A stretch of 63,632 bases of DNA, filler included, from Octopus bimaculoides (taxonomy: Eukaryota): assembly GCF_001194135.2 (NCBI RefSeq). It is 5 parts of 5 records of this genome, joined end to end, with 100 filler letters (N's around TTAATTAATTAA, not from the genome) between each part and the next. Parts side by side here need not be neighbours in the genome. Positions count along the whole stretch, not along the records: positions 22,844 to 40,529 come from NC_068990.1; positions 40,630 to 56,061 come from NC_068992.1; 3 more parts are not named here. One strand, given 5' to 3'. Below the pieces are notes generated by a model. The model ran no database searches. It saw only the letters and a list, made by a program, of their open reading frames with translations, and was not told the DNA's origin. A program made the position numbers and the translations under genes. This document shows positions 37,944 through 50,202 of the stretch, piece by piece (positions within the stretch are counted from its first letter, which is position 1; the number at the start of each line of letters is the position of its first letter).

Positions 37944-38408
37944 CAGGGTTATTTAAAAAGGAAGACAAGATTTCAAATTTATTTTTATAACAAGCGGTAA
38001 GAGACACAAACACATTCTACATATTTATTGATAAGGGAAGGTTTAATTTTTATTTTGTTTTAATGTTTCATTTTGTTCATTTAATTTTCATTTGTGTAAT
38101 CCCTTAGAAAATGGCGACACCACATGAAAAGTCTTTTCGTGTGCTGCAGTTTGAGAAATGCGAATCGATTGAGCAAGTACAACGTGCATTTTACCGGCAA
38201 TTCAATAAAAAATCCACCTCATCACAAGCAAATTTACGAATGGCATAAAAATTTCACAGAAAAAAAAAAAAAGGTTTCAGTGTTTGTCGAGCAATACATG
38301 GTGCCCATGTTGAGTGCATACTGCCCTAAAAATGAACTTTAAACCTTCCCCTGTCAAGAAACATGTAGAATGTGTTTGTGTCTCTTAGCATTTGTTTTAA
38401 AAATGGTC
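37944..38408 (+). mobile_element. Internally deleted Tc1/mariner element retaining the N-terminal HTH of the transposase
   Basis: Starts TA|cagggttattt. ATG at 38111 gives MATPHEKSFRVLQFEKCESIEQVQRAFYRQFN, then a frameshift in the A-run, then PPHHKQIYEWHKNFTE (DUF4817-like). About 50-bp inverted repeats at roughly 37997-38045 and 38340-38388. Confidence 0.88.
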
Positions 38409-38862
38409 GTCCGTTACGTTCCGAGTTCACTGCCGAGGCTGGATTCAGGGATCCGTATTAGGGTTCCGTTATAGCAAGTATACATTATATTAGATGAAAA
38501 AGAAAACCCAAGGCAGAACGAGTATCTCAATTCGTTTAGAATAATTTAATGAGTGAATATGAAGCCTTACAGCTGTTTCTAGGATAACCGAAGTGATAGT
38601 TTAGCATGTTGGGTTGAGAACAACAGTTGAGAGATGAACCTTGCTTTTCATGACTAAGGTGATCTCGAGTCTGTGGGGTTCTCTGATTACACCCATTTGA
38701 GGTTCTCGCTGTGTCAGAACTGTATTTGTATACTACAAATACTTCTTGCCACAATCCATTTCCCCCTCAACCCCTTATTCCGTTTTATGTAAATTTCACA
38801 TATATCTTTGTTATTCCTCTCCACCTAATATCCCTGTAACAAATAAAAGATATTATTTTTCG

Positions 38863-39070
38863 CAGAATCGTTTAGCGTGTCAGGCAAAATGCTTAGCGTC
38901 ATTTCTTCCGACGATTTTTGTTCTGAGTTCAAATCCTGCAATGGTCAACCTTGATTTTTATGCCTCTGTGATCGATGAAACAAAGTACCAGGCAAGTACA
39001 AGAGGTTAATGTAATCAACTTGCCTCCTCCTCCTCTCAAATTTGTTGGCCTTGTGCCATAATTAGAAAAA
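38863..39070 (+). mobile_element. SINE family B, diverged
   Basis: gcagaatcgtttagcgtgtcaggcaaaatgcttagc...gttctgagttcaaatcc...ggccttgtgccataattagaaa. Confidence 0.8.
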
Positions 39071-39825
39071 GAAACATTTCTTTTATTGTTATTTGAAGCA
39101 GAAGTAAAAAAGAAAACAAGTTTGCAAAAAAAAAAAAAAAAAAAAAAAAGAGGAAAGAGAGGAAAAAAAAGAGAAAACCCTAGAAAATATGCTTAGAAAA
39201 GAGCTAAAAGTAACAAATTAGATATGCACATTAAAATGTTGTTGTATTGTGGAGGGTGTATAGATTAATAGCCGAAAGCGTACACAATTCTATAGTTTCG
39301 AGCACACACCCAACGTTTGTTGTAAATATGTTAATGTGTAACTGTGAAGTATTATGAAAGGAAGACACTTATTATTCAGTGGATTTGAATGTTGTGTTTG
39401 TAAATGATATCAGTATTATCTGGCGCATAGAGGAGGAAGACACCACCGTATTATAGATAGTGCGTAGTGCAAGGTAGGTTATCTGCTGGCTCGGTCATTG
39501 TGTAGACGATCTTACGTAACCTCACGTACTTATGCTGTTAATGCTTACCGTTGCAGTAGCTGTGACCTAGATGTTTCAAACAGTTAATCTCCTATTAGAG
39601 TCACACCTGGTAAGCACAGATGCTTGAGCTCCAGTGTCGATATCTTGGCCCCTCGGCATTGAGTTCAGTTTAAGATCAGGACATCAGAACTCTATTTGTC
39701 ATTTTTACCCCATTAAATTAGCCAGTCCTTCGCCTTGCTGACCAGTTTATGGAAAAACACTCTTCGGATGCGATTGCCTGATATGCGGACAAATCTCCTT
39801 TGAATTATAACTCCACATCTTAGAT

Positions 39826-40000
39826 ACTGATTTCAAATTTTGGCACAAGGCCAGCGATTTCAATGGAGTGGGGTAAGTTGATTACAGCGACCTCTGTGTT
39901 CAATTGGCATTTAATTTTATCGATCTCGAAAGGATGAAAGGCGAAGTCGACTTCGGCGGAATTTGAGCTCAGAACGTAAAACGGATGAAACCCGCTAAGC
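39826..40000 (-). mobile_element. SINE family B, head truncated
   Basis: tttggcacaaggccagc...tttatcgatctcgaaaggatgaaaggcgaagtcgacttcggcggaatttgagctcagaacg. Confidence 0.85.
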
Positions 40001-40476
40001 TTTAAATATTAAAGGATATTTTTGTTAATGCCGAACAGGTGGAAGGGTAGTGCCCATATCCCTTTGCAAAGATTCCGTAATTCACAGTAAGATCGTTAGA
40101 TCTTCGACCTGATCTGAATGTTTGCTCCAGAATGGACCATGCTAAAGGTGCCTAAAGATCGTGTAGTGGTGTTGGTGTTAAACTGAGAGATGGACTTGGC
40201 TTAAAACTCAAGAATGGCAACGGCCCATTCGGCAGTCTTTAATACACTTTCCGTCAACCAAATTTCGTTCACAAGGATTTGGTAATTAAAGGCTATGTTA
40301 GAACACATGCACCCAATGAGGTGTGCCGTTGGTTCGAACATAAAACCACGCTATTGCGAAGTAAATTTCTGCCCCTGTATGATAGAATAACATCCCTGAT
40401 ATACATATACGTAGATATGTATGTATATTTATTCATACACACACACTCACGCGCGCGCACAATCACTCCTCCTCCA

Positions 40477-40510
<34 letters not shown>

Positions 40511-40934
40511 CTCCCCTTCCTCATCCTCTNNNNNNNNNNNNNNNNNNNNNNNNNNNNNNNNNNNNNNNNNNNNTTAATTAATTAANNNNNNNNNNNNNNN
40601 NNNNNNNNNNNNNNNNNNNNNNNNNNNNNTAATCGATTTAAATTTCTTTTCTATTTGAAAATTGGTTATGAAACACGTGTAATCTTTTTTATTATATTTA
40701 TCTTATGATATTTACTTTACTTTATATTATACTCATTTATTGTGCTTTTAATTATTATTTTTTCTATATGTGATAGTGGATTTTCATCGATGAATTCTTG
40801 AAAATTGGTTATTTTCCCTAAAACTATATATTTTATATATACTTTATCTATAAGGCTCAATTTAATTTTAATTTTTTATAAATTGATTTTAATTGAGTTT
40901 TTTTACCTGTAATTTTGGATTTTGTCCCTAATAT

Positions 40935-40978
<44 letters not shown>

Positions 40979-42164
40979 ACCTCACTTGGATATTTACCAT
41001 TTCGCTATGAAACATATGTAACCCGGATCTTATCTATTCTATTCCTTAACTCTTGTATTCTTATTCTCATGTCCAGAAACCCTGGTCGCCTACCATGAAA
41101 ATCTACAACCCTTCGTCTCAATAAAGCAGTATTTTAACGTACTATTGAGTATTAGTTCATTTTCGTTTAGCATTTAGTTCGCTCACTTTTCTTTGTTTTG
41201 TTTGGCAGTTAGTCTCACAGTCGAACCTAAAACAGAAATTTGTCTCTGCTTTGTACTGCTATAACCTAGAACTTTTGCGTAGTGAAGTGAGACACAAGTG
41301 CCCCGGTGATGCGAGATAAATCTGACCGATATATTACTTACCGTTCAATATTTTGCCGATAGTCTTAAACAATGTTGGGTTATGAATTTTCATTACACAG
41401 TAAGCATATATGTACTCACACGCACACACACACACACNNNNNNNNNNATACATATATATATATATATATACATACATATATATATATTATTCAAATTAGT
41501 TTTTCATTATGAATAACAGGACCTGTGAATGTAAAATATTTTATAACTTTTTTATTTTCCTGCTTAAATATGCGTTTTTTTTCTCATAAGATAACATTGT
41601 TTCTTTGTGTTAATAAATGATTTTTGTTTTCTCTATGATAATATATGAGATGAACTCAGGCAATTGAAATGATACATCCCTCTCATGCGCATATTCTACA
41701 ACCATCAAATAGTTTTCTCTTCTGAAGTTCGCAAGTCAAGTGTTTGCTCCGCATTCGATTTTTGTCGTACGTCCAACCGTCTCACTAATCCTAATTCTCC
41801 ATGTTGTCGCATGTAAATGACTTGGCCTTGTTCTCTCTTCGACTCTATTATTGATTTTATATTTGATGCGATAGATATCTTCCAAGTTCCACGTTCATTG
41901 TACTATCTCTTATTACCTGCATTTGTTCTTACATCCCTTACCTGTTTCGAATCATTCTTTCTCCTCTGGCGCCAAGTCTTTGCAGCCGTTCTATAGTGGT
42001 GGTTCTATGAATAGTTAAAATAAATGCTGTGGTTCAAAAATTGTACAGAAATATAAAAGGAAAAATAAGATTATGAAATCAGAATTACCTCCATCCCAGT
42101 CTTAAACTTTGACGTCGGAAGATAGTGTGAACGTGTGTTCCTTTCTAAAAACAGACAAAAAAAA

Positions 42165-42305
42165 ACTTACGTCCCAACCGCATGATTCTGGGTTCCGTCA
42201 CACTGTGTGGCATTTTGGAAAAGTGTCTTTTACTATAGCCTCTGACCGACCGAAAGGATGTCGACATATATATATATATATATATAAGACTGAATGAAAC
42301 CCATC
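42165..42305 (+). mobile_element. SINE family A 5' half, decayed (a 3'-module fragment follows at 42862-42990)
   Basis: ctgggttccgtcacactgtgtggcattttggaaaagtgtcttttactatagcc; tail tgtctgcttgtcccccaccaccgcttgacaac. Confidence 0.7.
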
Positions 42306-42782
42306 TTATATGTGTGTATGTATGTGTGTATGTGTATGCGTGTGTGTATGTGCGTGTGTGTTAAGTGAAATGTGACTGCGAAGCCAAGGCTGTGTGGAAC
42401 TTATAGGACATTTATAAAGGGAGAGGTAGTATTACAGCTGTTTCTGGGATATTAGGGAGAGTTAACTACAGGGAAATAATTTAGCTTTATATAAAGAGTT
42501 ATTATGGGAATGGATGGATATAGGAATTATAAAGGGAAATAAAACAATAAAAATAAAGATAAAAAAATATTTCCCTTCATACTTCCTACGTCCATCCTTT
42601 TCTAAACCAACTCTTTATAAATTCCACACAGCCTCTGTTTTGTTGACTCATTTTATTTAACATATGCGTGCTCACACAAGACCCATTATTAGTATCCTCA
42701 CTCGCATTATTATCGAACCTTGCGTCTGACTACGGTCCTACATAGCTTTACCTGCTATCTTGTCTCTTCTGGATAACAATAC

Positions 42783-42832
<50 letters not shown>

Positions 42833-43777
42833 AAATGGAAGAACCTCGTCCAATATATATTACGTGTCTTTGTGTCTGCTTGTCCCCCACCACCGCTTGA
42901 CAACTGGGTTTGGTCTGGTTACATCACTGTAATCTTGTAATTCAGCAAAACAAAGTGGCAGAATAAATACTGGCGTCGATATATCGAATGATACACCGCC
43001 TAAGGCAAATTATCTGCGGTATTCGTCCAGCGGAGATATTCCTTAGAATTCACTGTTTTTAAAGATATTGCGCTATATCAGTAACAGGCTAAAATTGTCC
43101 AGCAATAACGGAGAGCATGCTGGATATATATGCCAGCCACGTTAGAACATTTTTGCATGCATGTACATACCACCAACCGCAATGCTCAGACAAAATCTGC
43201 CGCTACTATATAAAGTGGACCGCCATACTTAATTCTGTCTAAGAGCATAGGATTAACTATCCCCGTTATGTTGCAATCATCTCAAGTAGATATACACATA
43301 GTAATCAATATAATAACTGGAAGGTTTGCGAATTTCAGTGAAATGTGCTTTTTGCTGATTGTTTCGTATCATCATTTGATATCTTAAATAGTTTAATACA
43401 AAAAAAAATCTGCTTAAACGGTTATTTCACTGAAACTTTCCTTCTATCCAAGGTAAGTAATTAGTTTCTCGGCAGTTCACAATGTAAATGTGCATAGTTA
43501 TTAATTAGATTTTCATCAAATGTTGCTGCTCGAAAACATGATACGAGTAAAGAGAGAAAAAAATGAACCTATTGTAATCCTACCTTTACCTGAAAATAAT
43601 TTGAATATATATATATACTTCATCATGCGTAATACGACAAATGCGCTGTCACTCTTAATTTATGCATATAAGTGTGTCTTTGCGTGCGTGTGCATGTGTG
43701 TATGTGTGTGTTCATGTATGTATATATTTATGTATATACACACACATATATGCACACATACACATGCACACACATAG

Positions 43778-43814
<37 letters not shown>

Positions 43815-44248
43815 AATATATATATATATNNNNNNNNNNNNNNNNNNNNNNNNNNNNNNNNNNNNNNNNNNNNNNNNNNNNNNNNNNNNNNNNNNNNNNN
43901 NNNNNNNNNNNNNNNNNNNNNNNNNNNNNNNNNNNNNNNNNNNNNNNNNNNNNNNNNNNNNNNNNNNNNNNNNNNNNNNNNNNNNNNNNNNNNNNNNNNN
44001 NNNNNNNNNNNNNNNNNNNNNNNNNNNNNNNNNNNNNNNNNNNNNNNNNNNNNNNNNNNNNNNNNNNNNNNNNNNNNNNNNNNNNNNNNNNNNNNNNNNN
44101 NNNNNNNNNNNNNNNNNNNNNNNNNNNNNNNNNNNNNNNNNNNNNNNNNNNNNNNNNNNNNNNNNNNNNNNNNNNNNNNNNNNNNNNNNNNNNNNNNNNN
44201 NNNNNNNNNNNNNNNNNNNNNNNNNNNNNNNNNNNNNNNNNNNNNNNN

Positions 44249-44292
<44 letters not shown>

Positions 44293-46692
44293 AATATATG
44301 CATATATGTATATACATACATGTGTGCGTGTGTATGTCTGTGTATTATACATGTATTATATATGTATTACCGATATATTTAGCCGAATTGAGATAATTGC
44401 AGCTGATAGATGCAAGATATATTAGACACATACTCTAGATTAAGTTTGCAGCATCGATTGTTATTTAATAGTTGCCTAAAGGAATATGGAGAGCAATGCG
44501 TATCTCAAATGAAAGACTTTTTATTCAAGATGGAAACTTAATAACATGATTTAAATGCAATCTAATACTGATGTATACTTATTAGTTATATAGCAAAATG
44601 CATGGAAGTGATTTAGGATGCAACTGAAGTTAGGAAAGCATTGTGAATTATAACGATAAGCTTGAAATTGTTTGATGGTGACTGTGATTTTTGTGGTACT
44701 GTCCGCTGTGTTAGTATTAGTAGCAGCAATAGCAATGGACTGGGGGACTTTCCATGAATAAGATTGCGTTAGCTCTTTAAAATAATATAAGTGATCAGTA
44801 TTTTCGGTAAATTCTTGAAACTGCATTTTACGTATATGTTTTCTTACACACAGTAAATCTATTTAGTTGTCATTCCAATTATTTCGTGTTTTACTTCTCA
44901 GTTGCGTTGTCTATCATCTTCATCAATTCTTCGTGTATGGAATAATAATGGTCAGAGCCTTCAATTTTGTATCATTACTTCCTTTCTTACCTTAAATTTG
45001 TTATCGTAGACTAACGTCTATGATATTTTGAAATCATATATATGCTTTAAATTCATTTTCTAAAATGGAATGCGGCTTTTACTGTTTGTCCTCTTATTCT
45101 AATAAAATGATTTCATTGAGATGAACTCAAAGTATATCACAAATATCATGTGTGCTCTCATACTTCGATACATATTGAAGTGATGTGAGATTAAAATTTT
45201 CATTTATTTTGAGATGTAATAACTAGCATATCGTAATGGCATTCCAATATTTATAGAAATAGCATGCTCTACGTGCAACATGCGAGTGAATATTTTACAA
45301 TCATAGTGTGGGTAATCTATTAATTCTTCTGTTTCTAACGCTCACATGTTTACACCACATCTGTTTTATATTCTTGATTTTAACGAGATATTAACGGAAT
45401 TCTAAAGTGTGTTTGCGATACAGCTTTATATCTAAAGCTCTTTTAAAAGCAACGTTATTCTCATTTTCATATTACATTTTGATTTGATTGGATACCAAAT
45501 GCCTCTAAAAGCAATATGTGGTCGTTTCTATATTATTTCTTTAATATTAATTAATCAAATAAGCTTCCATTATATTTGTAAGGTTTCAAAGATTAATAAT
45601 GGTAATATTCATGTTCAATGTGAACCACGGTTTTCAATATCACATGGAGTATAGCGGTGAGCAGGAAAAAAGAAAAGTACGTAGTTCGAAAATATATCTC
45701 ATTAACTAGTAAATAAAATTTAGTTAACTAGGTTAATTGATTGTTCAAGTATCAGCGACCCTTAATGATTCCTAGTTTTGTGTACTAGGGACTGCTGTAT
45801 CTATGGGCAAGAAGCGCTTATATTTTTTGCAATTGAGAACGCGAAGTTCTAAACTGTTATCACATATTAACCTGGTTCAATTCTTGAATTAGATTCAGAG
45901 TCCCAAGATGGATGGTTGATTCACTGACGCACACATTTGACTCTGAATTTATCCGTAGGTATATATTAGAGAAACGACGGTATTTTTTCCAGAGACACTT
46001 CCGGTACACGTGTATTAAAAGAAGTTAGTCAAACATGCTTATATGACATATTGCATGCAATATATTTCAGCATTTCACCAAGATTTCAGTTGCGAATTTT
46101 GCAGGATTAATATGCTTTCCTATTTCAAATCTGAAGTTGTATGACTTAATAAAATATGAATAATATGACATGGCTTTCCTCCGACCTGTTTCCATCCATG
46201 TTACACAGATGCAGCTTGTAATGATACTAATGTTACTGGATGATCTAAATGATGGCATCCTAATAATATCGTAGTTATGTAGTTACGTGTGTATAGTTAC
46301 CGTTTTAATGCTTCGTAAACAGTACACGTGCTTTGGAATACGATACGACCAATATAATTCCTAATCCTTCAACTTTAAAAGATCAAAGGATTTATGGTAA
46401 AATATTGATAAATGCCCGGGAATAAACGGAAACTAATCTGCAAAACATCCCATTATTATAGTCCCTTGGGAAATATTTAATCTATTGAATTCCATTCTCG
46501 GCGTACAATAGTCTCATCTTCTAACTTACTGTCATGTGTCATTTTAGACAAGTCTAGATATCAAGCATAAATTGGCTTGCTTGTAATGCTATCGGTATTA
46601 AGTAAAAGAGAAAACAAAATAGCAAACAGGCAAAAATAAGTCGTGACCAGATATTGTATTTTCATACTCCGCAATATATATTGATATTAGAA

Positions 46693-46905
46693 TTACTCTT
46701 TTACTCTTTTACTTGTTTCAGTCTTTTGACTATGGTCATGCTGGAGCACTACCTCTAGTCGAGCAAATCGACCCCGGGACTTATTCTTTGTAAGCCTAGT
46801 ATTTATTTTATCGGTCTCTTTTGCCGAACCGCTAAGTGACGGGGACATAAATACCCCAGCATCGGTTGTCAAGCAATGCTAGGGGGACAAACACAGACAC
46901 ACAAG

Positions 46906-46943
<38 letters not shown>

Positions 46944-47104
46944 CGACGGGCTTCTTTCAATTTCCATCTGCCAAATCTACTCACAAGGCTTTGGTCGGCC
47001 CGAGGCTATAGTAGAAGACACTTGCCCAAGATACCACGCAGTGGGACTGAACCCGGAACCATGTGGTTGGTAAGCAAGCTACTTACCACACAGCCACTCC
47101 TGCG
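46693..47104 (-). mobile_element. SINE family A, complete: tRNA head, CORE-like segment, (TA)n(TG)n, 3' module and (GAGTAAAA)n tail
   Basis: Best-preserved copy in the window; all modules are colinear. Confidence 0.93.
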
Positions 47105-47304
47105 CCTATTGTCTGTTTTTCTCTTTCTTAGTCTCTTAAAAGTAACTTTCTGTATATTATACTTTGTTTTTACCCTAATGTTTTCGGGCAAGTTCTATTC
47201 ATGTGATATCCACCTCACCCTTTTAGTTCGTTACGTTATATATATTATACTTTTCGGTCATATACCGATTATTTTGTATCACTGTATAGGTAAACATCAA
47301 ATCA

Positions 47305-47339
<35 letters not shown>

Positions 47340-47640
47340 CATTGCTGTTCTAGCATTCCGTTGGCCATGATGGTTCCGGTTGATGCGGTAAACAAAAGGG
47401 CCTCCTTATTAAATTCACGCGTCCCATTATCATAGTTCGTAGGGAGATTCTGTGTGAAGACACTTAATGTGACAAAGCTGGTTCTTTGAATTACAGGTAC
47501 TACTCATTTTGTCAAATGATTTGATTTGAAGAATGTGAAATAAGGTGCCTTGATCAAGGACACAACGTGTGTCGAACTCATGAATTACGATCGTTAACCA
47601 AATATCTTAAACACTTCTCTCTGCGCCCTCACTATATGCG
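47340..47640 (-). mobile_element. Chimeric SINE: family D head with a family C type-2-like tail
   Basis: Reverse: gagttcgacac...gtgtccttgatcaaggcaccttatttcac...tacctgtaattcaaagaaccagctttgtcaca...atcaaccggaacc. Confidence 0.65.
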
Positions 47641-48757
47641 TGTGTATGTGTCCGTGCGCGCGCGTGTTTATGTATGTATATGTATATATATATATATANN
47701 NNNNNNNNNNNNNNNNNNNNNNNNNNNNNNNNNNNNNNNNNNNNNNNNNNNNNNNNNNNNNNNNNNNNNNNNNNNNNNNNNNNNNNNNNNNNNNNNNNAT
47801 ATGTATTATTATTATTCACAGAATGTTTAACTAACTAGTAATCACTTCATTGGTCTATTTGCTTAGCAGTCTAGATATCTATATCTATATAAATTCTATT
47901 GTTTCTCTGTGCGTGCATCTTCAAATATAAGTGTGCGTGTGCGTTTGAATATGTAATTAATATTATTTAAGGTATGTATTTGTTTACATATATGAAATAG
48001 TACATGAGTATAAACATTCTCAAACACCGACATATACCCAGCAGGAAAAAAATACACATATGTTTATGATTATGTTTTCTATATGTGACTTTTTCTATAT
48101 CAATATTTGTCTTTCGGTCGGTATATCTGAATACTGTTATACAGTTTGTTTGTTTTTTTTCAAAGATTCGTATCTTCATATATCTTAAAGTTGATGTATA
48201 TCTTTATGTTGCAAATCCGTTACTAAGCAATTGCCAACATCTTGCAATCTCTCTGGCTTTCATTCTCTATATCAAAATCAACTGGCTTAATCTCATTTCT
48301 TACCCATTTCTTCATACTTAATGTATATAAGAAGAGTTACAAACATCCCCACGTTTACTCCCACATTAGCACATATATACGGGTATGCATATATATATAA
48401 ACATATATAGACACATAGAAATACATACATACATGCATACATACATAAATATATTTATCTCTCCCCCCCTCTATCTCTCTATATATATATATATATAATA
48501 TGAGAGAGATAAATATATGCATGTATTTCTACGTGTCTATGTGTGTATGTGCGTGTGTGTGTGTGTAATATATACATAGATATACATAGCTGAATAGATA
48601 TACATTTATGCATGTTTGTCCTTGTATCGGTGTTCCAATATAAATGTGCACGTTCATAAGGAATTTGTGCTTATACGAGTGTTTGCATCTACATTTATCT
48701 GTCATAGTTTGTCAGTGGGTGTCGTTATATGCAGATAAGTGTGTCTATGTGAGTATA

Positions 48758-48801
<44 letters not shown>

Positions 48802-48964
48802 TGTGTGTGTGTGCAGTTCTAGTATCTGTTTATAAACTATTCAGTTTTCATCTATCTCCTTATGAATAGATGTAAAAAAAAGTCTTCGTACGGGAATATC
48901 AACATATATAGCCATATATACATATATATATGTATACATATATATAAATATATACATACATATA

Positions 48965-49001
<37 letters not shown>

Positions 49002-50082
49002 NNNNNNNNNNNNNNNNNNNNNNNNNNNNNNNNNNNNNNNNNNNNNNNNNNNNNNNNNNNNNNNNNNNNNNNNNNNNNNNNNNNNNNNNNNNNNNNNNNN
49101 NNNNNNNNNNNNNNNNNNNNNNNNNNNNNNNNNNNNNNNNNNNNNNNNNNNNNNNNNNNNNNNNNNNNNNNNNNNNNNNNNNNNNNNNNNNNNNNNNNNN
49201 NNNNNNNNNNNNNNNNNNNNNNNNNNNNNNNNNNNNNNNNNNNNNNNNNNNNNNNNNNNNNNNNNNNNNNNNNNNNNNNNNNNNNNNNNNNNNNNNNNNN
49301 NNNNNNNNNNNNNNNNNNNNNNNNNNNNNNNNNNNNNNNNNNNNNNNNNNNNNNNNNNNNNNNNNNNNNNNNNNNNNNNNNNNNNNNNNNNNNNNNNNNN
49401 NNNNNNNNNNNNNNNNNNNNNNNNNNNNNNNNNNNNNNNNNNNNNNNNNNNNNNNNNNNNNNNNNNNNNNNNNNNNNNNNNNNNNNNNNNNNNNNNNNNN
49501 NNNNNNNNNNNNNNNNNNNNNNNNNNNNNNNNNNNNNNNNNNNNNNNNNNNNNNNNNNNNNNNNNNNNNNNNNNNNNNNNNNNNNNNNNNNNNNNNNNNN
49601 NNNNNNNNNNNNNNNNNNNNNNNNNNNNNNNNNNNNNNNNNNNNNNNNNNNNNNNNNNNNNNNNNNNNNNNNNNNNNTACATATATAAATGTATATAAAA
49701 TTATTAATGATTAATGTATATAAATATGTATGTTTGTGTGTATGCATGTATGTATATTCGTATGTGTGTATGTGTATGGTTGTGTGTGTGTCTCTGTGTG
49801 TGTGTGTGTGTGTGTATGTTTACAGTATTACATATAGCTGTCTGTATATGTAAGTCATAAATTCCTGTGATAGAGTGTTCTTTTATATGTACGTGATTAC
49901 TTCTTTTTTTTTTTCTCTTTATGAGTTTTTTGCCGCTGCCTGTATCACTGTATGTATGTGCATATATTTATGTTCAGAAAAAATTACATATGCTTGAGAG
50001 CGCGTACATATGTATGACTTTGTTCGTGTGTGTATCTATCAAGATCTACATCTATCTACACACACACACACACCCACACACT

Positions 50083-50136
<54 letters not shown>

Positions 50137-50148
50137 CATGTATATATA

Positions 50149-50202
<54 letters not shown>

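Noticed and set aside
41942-42004. 63-nt minus-strand candidate exon with a CAG|GTAAGG donor
   Set aside because: No recognisable product; the region may be a decayed TE.
44551-44826. 91-aa minus-strand ORF
   Set aside because: The middle derives from decayed ACT/GCT/AAT repeats; no recognisable motif or good splice sites.
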